A stretch of DNA of 64,000 nt, from positions 15,873-79,872 of the forward strand of contig JBFGJG010000015.1 of assembly GCA_041577295.1 (NCBI GenBank). Reading direction: 5' to 3'. Position 1 is the stretch's first letter; each line of letters opens with the position of its first letter. This document shows positions 20,994 through 30,122 of the stretch, piece after piece. A program made the translations under genes and the position numbers. The notes under the pieces are model-generated. The model was not told where the DNA came from and did not search any database. It was given only the letters and a program-made list of their open reading frames with translations. Source of the stretch: Gemmatimonadales bacterium. GTDB lineage: Bacteria > Gemmatimonadota > Gemmatimonadetes > Gemmatimonadales > GWC2-71-9.

Positions 20994-22277
20994 TCACTGC
21001 TTTATCGGCGCGCTGGCTGCCACGACCCGGTCCCGACCCGCTGCTTTCCCAGCGTAGAGACGCTGGTCGGCCGCGTGCACCAATGCGTCAATGTCCGTGG
21101 CGTCATCGGGAAAGGTTGCGAGCCCGATCGTGACCGTCATGGGCGTCCAGGATGCCTCTGACCTCTTGCACGCAGCGGCGAGGCGATCGCGGATGCGTTC
21201 GGCCAGCAGGCGCGCCGACGGGCGGTCGGTGTGTGGCAAGACGGCAGCGAACTCTTCGCCGCCGAAGCGGGCCACCACATCGGCGCCGCGTACCGATTCC
21301 TGGAGCACCTTGGCGAGGAATTGGATGGCGCGATCTCCTTCCTGATGTCCCCATTGGTCGTTGATGGCCTTGAACCGATCGGCGTCGATCAACAGCAAGC
21401 TCGTTGGGGTCTCATAACGATGCGCTCGCTCCAACTCGGTCTTCAGATAGCTGTCGAGGTATCGCCGGTTGAATAGACCGGTGAGTGAATCACGAATCGC
21501 CTGTTGCAGGGCGCGCTCGTATCGCTGGCGGTACGTGAGGGCGCCAAACACGTCCATCACTCCCACCTCACCCTGATGATCCTCGGATGGGGGCTCGATA
21601 TAGTGGATGTAGAATGTGAGGAACCCGGTGTAGAGCGCAGCCGCGATTGCCTTTCCAACGAACCCGGACAACAGCATGTCACCAAAGCCGGGCTGGCCCA
21701 AAAAGGCGCCGGTTGTGAACAAAACCGTATCCAAGGCCAAGACCAGCACCATGCTCACGAAGAGCCGGGCGGCCAACGGACGGGTGATCACGCGGCTCAC
21801 CGCCTCGAAGACCAAGATGACGGCGACAACGTCGATGAACAGCACTACCGTCCCCACCATCATGATCCGGGGATTCTGGAGAAAGAGCTCTCTGGGAAGC
21901 GCGTAGGGATTGGCCGCGCCCGGAGCGGCGATGTGTAACCCAACCAGGAGCGAGAGCAGACTCAACGCGACATTGGCCAGCAACAGTCCATAGATGAGCT
22001 TGCGAGCCTCGAGAGCGTCCTCCTCGATGTAGATCAGCAACACGGCAAAGAGGCCGGCGGTGAACAGCACGCTGGAGCCCGGGCTGACCGAGATGCCCGG
22101 CGCGATCTCGACGTAGACGGAGAGTGCAAGAACGACCTGGAGGTACTGGAAGGTCCCAACCGCGACCGCTAAGGGTATGAGACCCAAGCGGCCGCGAAGA
22201 TGGTACAGCAGCAACAAAACCCCCGAGACCAGAGTCGTCTCGGCAGCGAGGAGGGCGAGGTGATAGACGTAAGGCAT
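20994..22277 (-). CDS. Membrane-bound diguanylate cyclase
   Basis: Multi-TM N-terminus; DSLTGLFNRR, RGAD I-site, GGEEF. Confidence 0.92.
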   Translation of the reverse strand: MPYVYHLALLAAETTLVSGVLLLLYHLRGRLGLIPLAVAVGTFQYLQVVLALSVYVEIAPGISVSPGSSVLFTAGLFAVLLIYIEEDALEARKLIYGLLLANVALSLLSLLVGLHIAAPGAANPYALPRELFLQNPRIMMVGTVVLFIDVVAVILVFEAVSRVITRPLAARLFVSMVLVLALDTVLFTTGAFLGQPGFGDMLLSGFVGKAIAAALYTGFLTFYIHYIEPPSEDHQGEVGVMDVFGALTYRQRYERALQQAIRDSLTGLFNRRYLDSYLKTELERAHRYETPTSLLLIDADRFKAINDQWGHQEGDRAIQFLAKVLQESVRGADVVARFGGEEFAAVLPHTDRPSARLLAERIRDRLAAACKRSEASWTPMTVTIGLATFPDDATDIDALVHAADQRLYAGKAAGRDRVVAASAPIKQ

Positions 22278-22305
22278 CCACCGGTCCGATTATCTTTCGT
22301 AGCAA

Positions 22306-23289
22306 ATGTCGATTCGCGGAGGGCTCACGCCAACCCCATCCTACCGGCCCGCGTACAGCTACCTCTCACGTAGCGAATGGACGGAACGTGTCGAGCGGGC
22401 CCTGTCATCGCTCGTCGATTGTCGCGCGTGCCCTCGTGATTGCGGTGTGAATCGGCTGGAGGACCGCTGGGCCGCTTGCAAAACCGGCCGCTACGCCGTC
22501 GTCGGCAGCTACTTCGCTCACTTCGGTGAAGAGGATTGCCTGCGAGGTTGGCACGGTTCGGGCACGATCTTCTTCTCGCACTGCAACCTGCGATGCGTCT
22601 TTTGCCAGAACTTCGATATCAGCCAAGCGGTGCGTCCGGGAGCAGCGGTCACGGGTTCTCCCCCAGATGAAATGGCCGGGATGATGCTCTCACTCCAGCA
22701 CGAGGGGTGTCACAACATCAACTTCGTCACGCCCGAACACGTGGTCCCGCAGGTCATTGAGGCACTGGCGGTCGCCGTGGGGCGGGGTCTTCGCTTACCA
22801 GTGGTTTACAACACGAGTGCCTACGACGCGCTCGAGAGCATCGAGCTGCTCGACGGCCTCGTCGACATCTACATGCCGGACTTCAAATACTGGTCAATCG
22901 CGAGAAGCAAGACGTACATGAAGGCCGCGGACTATCCGGATGCGGCTCGTGCCGCCATCCAGCGGATGCATGACCAGGTGGGTCCGTTGGTGCTCGGCGC
23001 AGATGGGTTAGCGGTTCGTGGGCTGCTGGTGCGGCATTTGGTCATGCCGGGGTGCCTCGACGAGACGCGGGCGATTCTCGAGTGGATTGCAACCAATCTC
23101 GGACCAGATACGTACGTCAACATCATGGACCAGTACTACCCCGCGGGTCGGGTGGATGCATCGCACTATCCGGAGATCAATCGCCAGTTGGCTCGAGAGG
23201 AGTTTGCAGACGCTCTCTCGATTGCGCGAGAGTTGGGTCTCACCCGACTCGACACGCGTGCTGCCCAGCGAGTGCGACTGGTCGTTTAA
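22306..23289 (+). CDS. Radical SAM protein, PflX-like
   Basis: CRACPRDC, HFGEE, GSGTIFF, CNLRCVFCQN, HNINFVTP. Confidence 0.9.
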   Translation: MSIRGGLTPTPSYRPAYSYLSRSEWTERVERALSSLVDCRACPRDCGVNRLEDRWAACKTGRYAVVGSYFAHFGEEDCLRGWHGSGTIFFSHCNLRCVFCQNFDISQAVRPGAAVTGSPPDEMAGMMLSLQHEGCHNINFVTPEHVVPQVIEALAVAVGRGLRLPVVYNTSAYDALESIELLDGLVDIYMPDFKYWSIARSKTYMKAADYPDAARAAIQRMHDQVGPLVLGADGLAVRGLLVRHLVMPGCLDETRAILEWIATNLGPDTYVNIMDQYYPAGRVDASHYPEINRQLAREEFADALSIARELGLTRLDTRAAQRVRLVV

Positions 23290-23320
23290 CAGCTCTTCAC
23301 CGGTTAATATCCCCACCGCC

Positions 23321-24136
23321 ATGCCGTTGTTCTTACTTGCGATCGTCGCCCAGCTTCAGATTCCCGCACCCGTTGGATTCGTCAACGACTTTGCCGGGAT
23401 CGTCGATCCGGAGTCAGGCCGCGCGATGGAAGCAGTGATCGAAGAAGTTCGACAAAAGTCAGGCGGGGAGATCGTTGTGGTCACCTTAGCCGATCTCGAC
23501 GGTCGGGCGCCAGTCGATGTTGCCACGGAGATTGGCAGGCAGTGGGGAGTGGGAGCGCGTGGGGGGCCGGGAGACCGCGCACGGAACGCCGGAGTCATCG
23601 TGCTGCTGAAACCTGGTGAGCGACCGGGCGACGGCAGTGCCGACCTGTTCATCGCAACCGGTTACGGGGCCGAGGGATTCATACCGGATGCCCGCGCGGG
23701 GCGGATCCGCGATGCCATCGGACAGGTAGCCGTTGAGAACGACAGTTACGCAGCGGGACTCGTGGCCGGCGTGTGGCTGCTCGCGCAAGCTTACGCCGAG
23801 GAGTTTGCTTTTGAACTCACCGGCCGCCCCGCCGTGCGGGTGCCTGACGTCGGTGGACGGGGCTCGGGGGGTGGCTCGGCCGTGGTTGCGCTGATTCTGG
23901 TCATCGTGATTCTCGCGCTGCTGGCAGGCGGTGGCGGCGGTGGCCGTGGCCGGCGACGTCGCCGCTACCACGACAACGCGCTGGCGTGGATGCTTCTGGG
24001 CACGTTGATGGGCGGTGGGCGGCGCGGAGGCGGTTGGGGTGGTGGATGGGGCGGTGGTGGGTTTGGTGGCGGCGGTTTCGGAGGGTTCGGCGGCGGCGGT
24101 GGGTTTGGAGGTGGTGGCGCCGGAGGGAGATTTTAG
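23321..24136 (+). CDS. TPM domain protein with Gly-rich C-terminus
   Basis: GFVNDFAGI, GYGAEGFIPD, GGGGFGGGGAGGRF tail. Confidence 0.9.
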   Translation: MPLFLLAIVAQLQIPAPVGFVNDFAGIVDPESGRAMEAVIEEVRQKSGGEIVVVTLADLDGRAPVDVATEIGRQWGVGARGGPGDRARNAGVIVLLKPGERPGDGSADLFIATGYGAEGFIPDARAGRIRDAIGQVAVENDSYAAGLVAGVWLLAQAYAEEFAFELTGRPAVRVPDVGGRGSGGGSAVVALILVIVILALLAGGGGGGRGRRRRRYHDNALAWMLLGTLMGGGRRGGGWGGGWGGGGFGGGGFGGFGGGGGFGGGGAGGRF

Positions 24137-24871
24137 ATGGCACGCGACAATACAGCTCGAGTGAACGAGTTCGCCGCCCAACTCGAGCGAATACTGGGCC
24201 CCAACGTATTGGCCATGGCGCAATACGGCGAGGCGGTACGCGGAGAACTGCCTCACGGCGATCTGCCGCTGAACCTTTTGATCATCCTGCGAGATGCGGC
24301 GCCTGCCGCGCTCCGACCGGTCAGCAAGGTCATAGCGGACTGGGTGCGTGCCGGGAATCCGGCGCCACTCATTTTTTCCGAGACTGAGTGGCGGGATTCC
24401 ACGGATGTCTTTCCCATTGAAATCGAGGACATGCGCGAAGCCCACCGACTGGTGCACGGCGAGGACCCGTTCACCGGGCTCACAACGACACTGCGGGATT
24501 TGCGTCAGGAGCTCGAGCGTGAGTTGCGTGGAAAGCTCCTTCAGCTCCGAGCTGAGTTCGCGGCCGTCGAAGCAGATGCGCAAGCGCTGACGAATCTGAT
24601 CGGTGCGTCTGCGCTGACGTTCTTGATCTTGTTCCGCGCCCTGTTGCGATTGCGGGGTACGACACCCCCAGCAACGGCGGCTGACGTCATGCACTCGACC
24701 GCGGAGCTCACGGGGTTCGATGCCGCCGCGTTTGACTGGGCCCTCGCGAAGCTCACCCGTCGGAAAGCACCGCGGCTCGCTCCGTACGATCCCATTGCGG
24801 TGCACTACGTAGCGGCGATCGAAGCGGTCACGCACTATGTCAATGCGGCAGCCGAGATCGATGATGGTTAA
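24137..24871 (+). CDS. Nucleotidyltransferase-like domain protein
   Basis: YGEAVRGE, DVFPIE, DLRQELERELRGKL; lies between the TPM and LemA genes. Confidence 0.65.
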   Translation: MARDNTARVNEFAAQLERILGPNVLAMAQYGEAVRGELPHGDLPLNLLIILRDAAPAALRPVSKVIADWVRAGNPAPLIFSETEWRDSTDVFPIEIEDMREAHRLVHGEDPFTGLTTTLRDLRQELERELRGKLLQLRAEFAAVEADAQALTNLIGASALTFLILFRALLRLRGTTPPATAADVMHSTAELTGFDAAAFDWALAKLTRRKAPRLAPYDPIAVHYVAAIEAVTHYVNAAAEIDDG

Positions 24872-24910
24872 TCTGAGACACGTATTCTCACCATGACTGT
24901 GGAGATTTTC

Positions 24911-25465
24911 ATGCGACGAGCTATGGCACTACTCGCCGTGACAACACTGGCAAGCGGATGTGGATACAATCGTATCCAAACTCTCGATGAACAGGTCAAC
25001 GGTTACGAGAGCCAAATCGAAGTCCAGCTACAGCGAAGGTACGACCTGATACCCAATCTGGTGGAAACCGTGAAGGGGTTCGCAGCACAGGAGCGTGAGG
25101 TGATTGGGCAGGTGACCGAGGCGAGAGCTCGGCTGGGTGGCGCGATTCAGTCGGGTGATGTCGGACAAATGGCCGCGGCGAACGAAGGGCTGACATCGGC
25201 CCTGAGCCGGCTCCTCGTGATCGTGGAGAACTATCCTGAGCTGCGATCGAACGAGAACTTCCGCATGCTGCAAGACCAGCTCGAAGGGACCGAAAACCGG
25301 ATCGCGACGGCCCGTCGGGACTACAACGCGGCCGTCCAGACGTACAACGCCTATATCCGGCGTTTCCCACAGGTCTTGACCGCGAAGGTCGTCGGCGCCG
25401 ACTCGCGAACGTATTTTGAAGTCGAAAGCGAGGCCGCGCGCCAAGCTCCTACGGTCGACTTCTGA
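24911..25465 (+). CDS. lemA: LemA family protein
   Basis: CGYN, QRRYDLIPNLVETVKG, ENYPELR, EGTENRI. Confidence 0.95.
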   Translation: MRRAMALLAVTTLASGCGYNRIQTLDEQVNGYESQIEVQLQRRYDLIPNLVETVKGFAAQEREVIGQVTEARARLGGAIQSGDVGQMAAANEGLTSALSRLLVIVENYPELRSNENFRMLQDQLEGTENRIATARRDYNAAVQTYNAYIRRFPQVLTAKVVGADSRTYFEVESEAARQAPTVDF

Positions 25466-25547
25466 GCAGCGGCGGTCCTCGTGGCCAGGCCGCTTGCTGG
25501 CGCATCTCCGTACCGCACATGATATTGGGGAAACTCACCCCAAACAC

Positions 25548-26813
25548 GTGCGATCCCAGCTTGCGCCCGACCGCCATATCACGAGTGGCGGCGCTTCATT
25601 GGAGGCTCTCACCCGACGGTATATGATCGCCCTGCTGATCGTCGGGGCTCTAGCCGTTGCCAAACATCTCGCTGAATACGAGCTCCAGCGCGCCGAGGCC
25701 GATCAGGCGGCGCTGATCAACAGCGTCGGACGCCAGCGCATGCGCCTCCAGCGATCCATCGTGTTGTTGCAGCAGATGTCTGTGGCTACCACCACCCGCG
25801 AGCGCGACTCACTCGCGGTTCTCATCGAGCTGACGCTCGACGATTTGGAAAGCTCGCACCAATTGCTGCTCCACGCTGCTGATGACACGACGGTCACGGT
25901 CGCCCCAGACAGCCGCGTCATGGGCATTTACTTTTCCTCCCCCGGACAGCTCGACGAGCGGCTTCACACCTACATCGATTCGTTGCGGGAGTACGTCCAA
26001 AGCGACGAACCGGTCTCGGCAAGAGACGAAACATTGCGAGAGCTTGCCGCAGCAGCGGCTCAGATGGCGTCTTTGCAGGACCTTTCCGTGGACACGCTGG
26101 TCGCCGAGCACGAATCGAGTCTGGAGCGGGCGCGGATCGTGGGTTTGGCGTTGTTGGTAGCACTGCTTGCCGCACTGGTGTTGGTTGGTGCTTTCATCTT
26201 CGAGCCGATGGTCAAGCACATTCGCCGAGAAGCACGGCTTCTGGAAGAAGCCAACGCGCAGCTCAAACGCCTCTCCTTTCTGGACGGCCTCACCTCGATC
26301 CCAAACCGCCGCGCGTTCGAGGAACGCTTTCAACTGGAGTGGCGCAGAGCCCAGCGCCATTCGTCGCCAATCGCGATCTTGATGATCGACATCGATCACT
26401 TCAAGGAGTACAACGACCATTACGGTCACCAGCGGGGCGACGACTGTCTCACACAGTTGGCGCAGCGGCTCCGCAACTCCGTGAGCCGGCCCGGTGACTT
26501 CGTCGCGCGTTACGGCGGCGAGGAGTTCGCCATCATCTTGCCCGACACGGATCTGGCTGGGGCAACCGCCGTAGCCGAGAGCCTCCGGCGTCGAGTTGCG
26601 GGGCTACGACTCCCGCACGCTGCGTCTCCGGTACAGAACGTGGTCACGATCAGCGTTGGTGTGGCGTCCGTCATCCCCGATCCTGCGTCGCCGGTGCCGG
26701 TTGCGGCGGCCGACCACGCGTTGTATCGGGCGAAGCAGCTCGGGAGGAACCGTGTCGAAGTGGCGGGGGAACTTCCAACAGAAATGGATCGTGCCGTGCA
26801 GAACGTGGAGTAG
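25548..26813 (+). CDS. Diguanylate cyclase with PilJ/NarX-like periplasmic sensor
   Basis: Two TM helices, INSVGRQRM, RPGD I-site, GGEEF; start uncertain. Confidence 0.9.
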   Translation: MRSQLAPDRHITSGGASLEALTRRYMIALLIVGALAVAKHLAEYELQRAEADQAALINSVGRQRMRLQRSIVLLQQMSVATTTRERDSLAVLIELTLDDLESSHQLLLHAADDTTVTVAPDSRVMGIYFSSPGQLDERLHTYIDSLREYVQSDEPVSARDETLRELAAAAAQMASLQDLSVDTLVAEHESSLERARIVGLALLVALLAALVLVGAFIFEPMVKHIRREARLLEEANAQLKRLSFLDGLTSIPNRRAFEERFQLEWRRAQRHSSPIAILMIDIDHFKEYNDHYGHQRGDDCLTQLAQRLRNSVSRPGDFVARYGGEEFAIILPDTDLAGATAVAESLRRRVAGLRLPHAASPVQNVVTISVGVASVIPDPASPVPVAAADHALYRAKQLGRNRVEVAGELPTEMDRAVQNVE

Positions 26814-26825
26814 CGGACCGCGTTG

Positions 26826-27359
26826 CTAGAGCATTCGCTGCCGCAGACTGACCAGCTTCCGGCGTACCGACCCATCCATAATCCGATCCCCCACTCGAAC
26901 GATGACGCCGCCCAAGATCGAGGGATCCGTGCGGAAGTGCGGGAGGATCTCTTTTCCAATAACCGCGGAAAGACGCTGACGGATCACTTCTTGTAGCTCG
27001 TGATCGGGTTCACGTGCCACGGTGACACCTGCGTGCACCCGATTGAACTTCTCATCTACTAGTCCCGAAAACTGCTCGGCAATGGCCGGAAGCAACGCTT
27101 GTCGCCCGCGTTTGACCACGGCGCCAAGGAAGCGGACGAACCCTTCCGGCGCTCGGTCCTCGAGCGCCCGTCGGAAGATCTCCTGCTTTGTGGGCTTCGG
27201 CACCCGCGGCGAGTCGAGCATCGCACGAATCTGCGGATCCACCAGGATCGCTTGGGCGAGACCGTCCATCAGCGCCTGAAAGTGCTCGGTCTCGCCCGTG
27301 CGCTCGCCCAGATCGAACAACGCCTCGGCGTAGTTGCGCGCGATCGTTGACTCTCTCAC
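26826..27359 (-). CDS. atpH: ATP synthase F1 delta subunit
   Basis: IARNYAEALF, DPSILGGVIVRVGDRIMDGSV; follows atpF. Confidence 0.95.
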   Translation of the reverse strand: MRESTIARNYAEALFDLGERTGETEHFQALMDGLAQAILVDPQIRAMLDSPRVPKPTKQEIFRRALEDRAPEGFVRFLGAVVKRGRQALLPAIAEQFSGLVDEKFNRVHAGVTVAREPDHELQEVIRQRLSAVIGKEILPHFRTDPSILGGVIVRVGDRIMDGSVRRKLVSLRQRML

Positions 27360-27922
27360 CCGCCCCTCCCGAGCGAACCGAGGTAGTCCTCCACGATCCG
27401 CCGGTCGGCGTCGCTATCGAGCCTCTGCTGGATCAGCTTGGAAGCTGCCGCGAGTGAAAGGTCCACCGCCTCTTTGCGGAGCTCCGCCACAGCACGTTCG
27501 CGCTCCGCAGAGATCTCTCGCTTGGCACGCTCGAGGATCTGATCTTGCTCTTCACGCGTCTTGGACAACAGCTGTTCGCGCTCGCGTTGTGCAAGCGTCT
27601 TCGCCTCGTTGATGAGCCCCTGGGCCTCATCCTTGGCCTTGGCGAGCAGAGAACGGTGCTCCCCCAAGGCCGCCTTGGCCTCGGCGTTCATCTTGTCCGA
27701 CTCCTCCAGCTGACGCGCTATGCGCCGCTCCCGCTCTTCGGTGGCGCGAACGATTGGAGGCCACGCGAAGCGCTTGAGCACGAGGAACAGCAAAATGAAG
27801 ACGACCCACGTCCAAAAGAACAGGCCAAAGTTCACCTCGAACGGCGAGCTGAACCCCTCGGCCGCACCGTGAGCCTCCTCCTGAAACATCAGCAAAGCCG
27901 CGTGCATCGTAGACACCGTCAC
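27356..27922 (-). CDS. atpF: ATP synthase F0 subunit b
   Basis: TM FFWTWVVFILLFLVLKRFAWPPI followed by a coiled coil. Confidence 0.95.
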   Translation of the reverse strand: MTVSTMHAALLMFQEEAHGAAEGFSSPFEVNFGLFFWTWVVFILLFLVLKRFAWPPIVRATEERERRIARQLEESDKMNAEAKAALGEHRSLLAKAKDEAQGLINEAKTLAQREREQLLSKTREEQDQILERAKREISAERERAVAELRKEAVDLSLAAASKLIQQRLDSDADRRIVEDYLGSLGRGG

Positions 27923-28203
27923 TATTCAATCAGCTTGAAGAGCAGTGCGAACACGAGCGCGATGATCGTCGCGCCTTCCAACAGCACCGCGATCAAGATC
28001 GCAATGCCGCGAATGTCCGCACCGGCTTCAGGCTGGCGGGCGATCGCCTCGGCCGCCTGACCGCCAATGCGTCCCAGTCCGATTCCGGCGCCGATGATGG
28101 CGAGCCCGATGCCGAGACCAGCACCGAGCAGCGAGTTCATGTTCTTGGCGGCTTCCGCCGTCAACTCAGCGGTAGCCTGTAACGTTGCCAGAACCTGTAA
28201 CAT
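27922..28203 (-). CDS. atpE: ATP synthase F0 subunit c
   Basis: GAGIGLG, ARQPE loop, conserved Glu in LLEG. Confidence 0.95.
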   Translation of the reverse strand: MLQVLATLQATAELTAEAAKNMNSLLGAGLGIGLAIIGAGIGLGRIGGQAAEAIARQPEAGADIRGIAILIAVLLEGATIIALVFALLFKLIE

Positions 28204-28438
28204 GAGTTGGGTTCCTCATCGTTATGGGAGATTCCAGTTGCTGCGCGTTCCCCGCATCGGCCTCCGCTTCTCCCGAACGAAAGCCTCCGCGGCGACCCGC
28301 CAACGGTCCATTGGACCAGCGAGTTTTCCCAGCCGCCCGGCTGGGTACGAGCGGCAGCCGCATCGGAACGCTGAGACGGCCACCGAACTGCCACTGCGTG
28401 CTGCGGAGGACCGCGCCTCCGTCAGCCGATTGACAAGA

Positions 28439-29341
28439 TCAATGCTCGTGCTGCATCAGCCCTATGAAGACCGCCGTGAGCAAGGCGAACACGTACGCTT
28501 GCAAAAACGCGACGAAGATCTCGAGCATCATGATGCCGAGGATAAGCCCTGCCGTCAGGAAACCGATGCCCCAATTCCAACCGTCCAGATGACCGAACAG
28601 AAAAATCAGCCCCAGCAGCGACAGAATCACGAAGTGCCCGGCTGTCATGTTGCCAAACAATCGTACGGCCAACGCGAACGGCTTGACGAACTTGCCGACG
28701 ACTTCGATGGGCGCCATGGCAAGCGAAATGGCAGCGGCTCCCGCGCCTGACATGCCGGGCACCCGTGGAAAGATGGTACGCAGGTACCCACCTGGGCCCA
28801 GCTTCATCAGACCACTTATCTCGATAACGAAGAACGCTGTGACTGCTAGGGCTCCCGTCACCGCTATGTTGCCGGTGGCCGTGGCACCATGGGGGATCAG
28901 CCCCAGCAGATTGGCGTAGAGAATGAAAAAAAAGAGGGTCATGATGTAGGGTGCGAACCGCGCCCCATCGTGACCGATATTCGCAATGGCGATGTCGTTG
29001 CGGACAAACAGCACAATGGCTTCCAGAGCGTTCGCCACGCCACTTGGTGCCTTCTCACCCGCACGTTGCTGCTCGAGTCGCCTGCCGGTCCACCACATCG
29101 TGAAAAAGACGAGTGCCGCCGTGATGAACAGAAACACCACGTGCTTTGTTGGTGTGAGATTGATCGTCAGTGGCCCGAGGTGGATATCCGGAAGGAACTT
29201 GCCCCAGTGCAGCGAGAGATAATGATCGATAGCGGGAATCCCGGTCTCGATCCCGAATGCATAGGCATCGGCGGTATGGTGTAAGACCACGTCACCGATG
29301 TTGGGGCCCTCTTCTTGGGCAACTTCCGACAGCGCCCTCAT
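28439..29341 (-). CDS. atpB: ATP synthase F0 subunit a
   Basis: KPFALAVRLFGNMTAGH, LEIFVAFLQAYVF. Confidence 0.96.
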   Translation of the reverse strand: MRALSEVAQEEGPNIGDVVLHHTADAYAFGIETGIPAIDHYLSLHWGKFLPDIHLGPLTINLTPTKHVVFLFITAALVFFTMWWTGRRLEQQRAGEKAPSGVANALEAIVLFVRNDIAIANIGHDGARFAPYIMTLFFFILYANLLGLIPHGATATGNIAVTGALAVTAFFVIEISGLMKLGPGGYLRTIFPRVPGMSGAGAAAISLAMAPIEVVGKFVKPFALAVRLFGNMTAGHFVILSLLGLIFLFGHLDGWNWGIGFLTAGLILGIMMLEIFVAFLQAYVFALLTAVFIGLMQHEH

Positions 29342-29682
29342 CGTAGATACCGAGTCTCCATCACGAGCAGAGGCAAGAGTACGCCCAGGTAGCCGAATGC
29401 CGTGGGCAACGGCGGAAAATCATCGCGCGCAATGGCAGAAGCGAGCGCGAACACGACCACCCCTCCCAAACGCAAGCCCATACCGATTCCCCAGCGCGCC
29501 ATGAGCTTCCCAAATGGCTGTGCCAGCGCCGGCATGACCACTCGCAACGCGACAGCCTGTATAGCCGTTGCCAGGAGACCAAACGTCACTCCTGGCAGGA
29601 CCGCTGCTCTGCCCCACGCCAGCCATAGGACGGCGGTCACGAGCACGGTGAGCCCGACGCCCCAAGCAACCATCCGGCTCAT
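29338..29682 (-). CDS. AtpI-like four-TM membrane protein
   Basis: Hydrophobic 114-aa ORF coupled by ATGA overlaps to atpB and to the upstream gene. Confidence 0.7.
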   Translation of the reverse strand: MSRMVAWGVGLTVLVTAVLWLAWGRAAVLPGVTFGLLATAIQAVALRVVMPALAQPFGKLMARWGIGMGLRLGGVVVFALASAIARDDFPPLPTAFGYLGVLLPLLVMETRYLR

Positions 29683-29930
29683 CGCTTGGCCGCTCGCCGG
29701 CGTCGATCCGCTTCGGTCTCCGCCCGAAGTTTCAGGTAAACCCATACGAAACTCAGGGTTGCACCGACCAGTGTTCCAATAATCGTAAAGAGGGGTGTGA
29801 CCCCAAGCCACCGATCGAGGAACCAGCCGGCCGCCAGGAAGAGGACGATGCCGCCGGCAAACGTGCAGCCGAGCGCGACATGTGTGTATCCGACCCCGAC
29901 ATCGCGGGCCGGGGTGGGCTCCGGCTCCAT
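29679..29930 (-). CDS. AtpZ/AtpI family protein
   Basis: GWFLDRWLGVTPLFTIIG; first gene of the atp operon. Confidence 0.85.
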   Translation of the reverse strand: MEPEPTPARDVGVGYTHVALGCTFAGGIVLFLAAGWFLDRWLGVTPLFTIIGTLVGATLSFVWVYLKLRAETEADRRRRAAKR

Positions 29931-30122
29931 AGGCGACCGAAATGTACCCCTTGTGAAAAATTTCGCAAGCAACCCTAACCTGGCGTCCGGCCAGGGGTTG
30001 GCGCTAGGAATCGACGCGCTCCCGTCATAGATTCAGCGGAACCAAGAACCGCGCGTGGGCGTCGGGCTCCACCCCAATACCTACGTCTCGTCAGGGTCCG
30101 CTCTGACAAGTGGGAGGCTAGC

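Noticed and set aside
24010..24130. GGN-rich low-complexity repeat
   Set aside because: Explained by the Gly-rich tail of the TPM protein.
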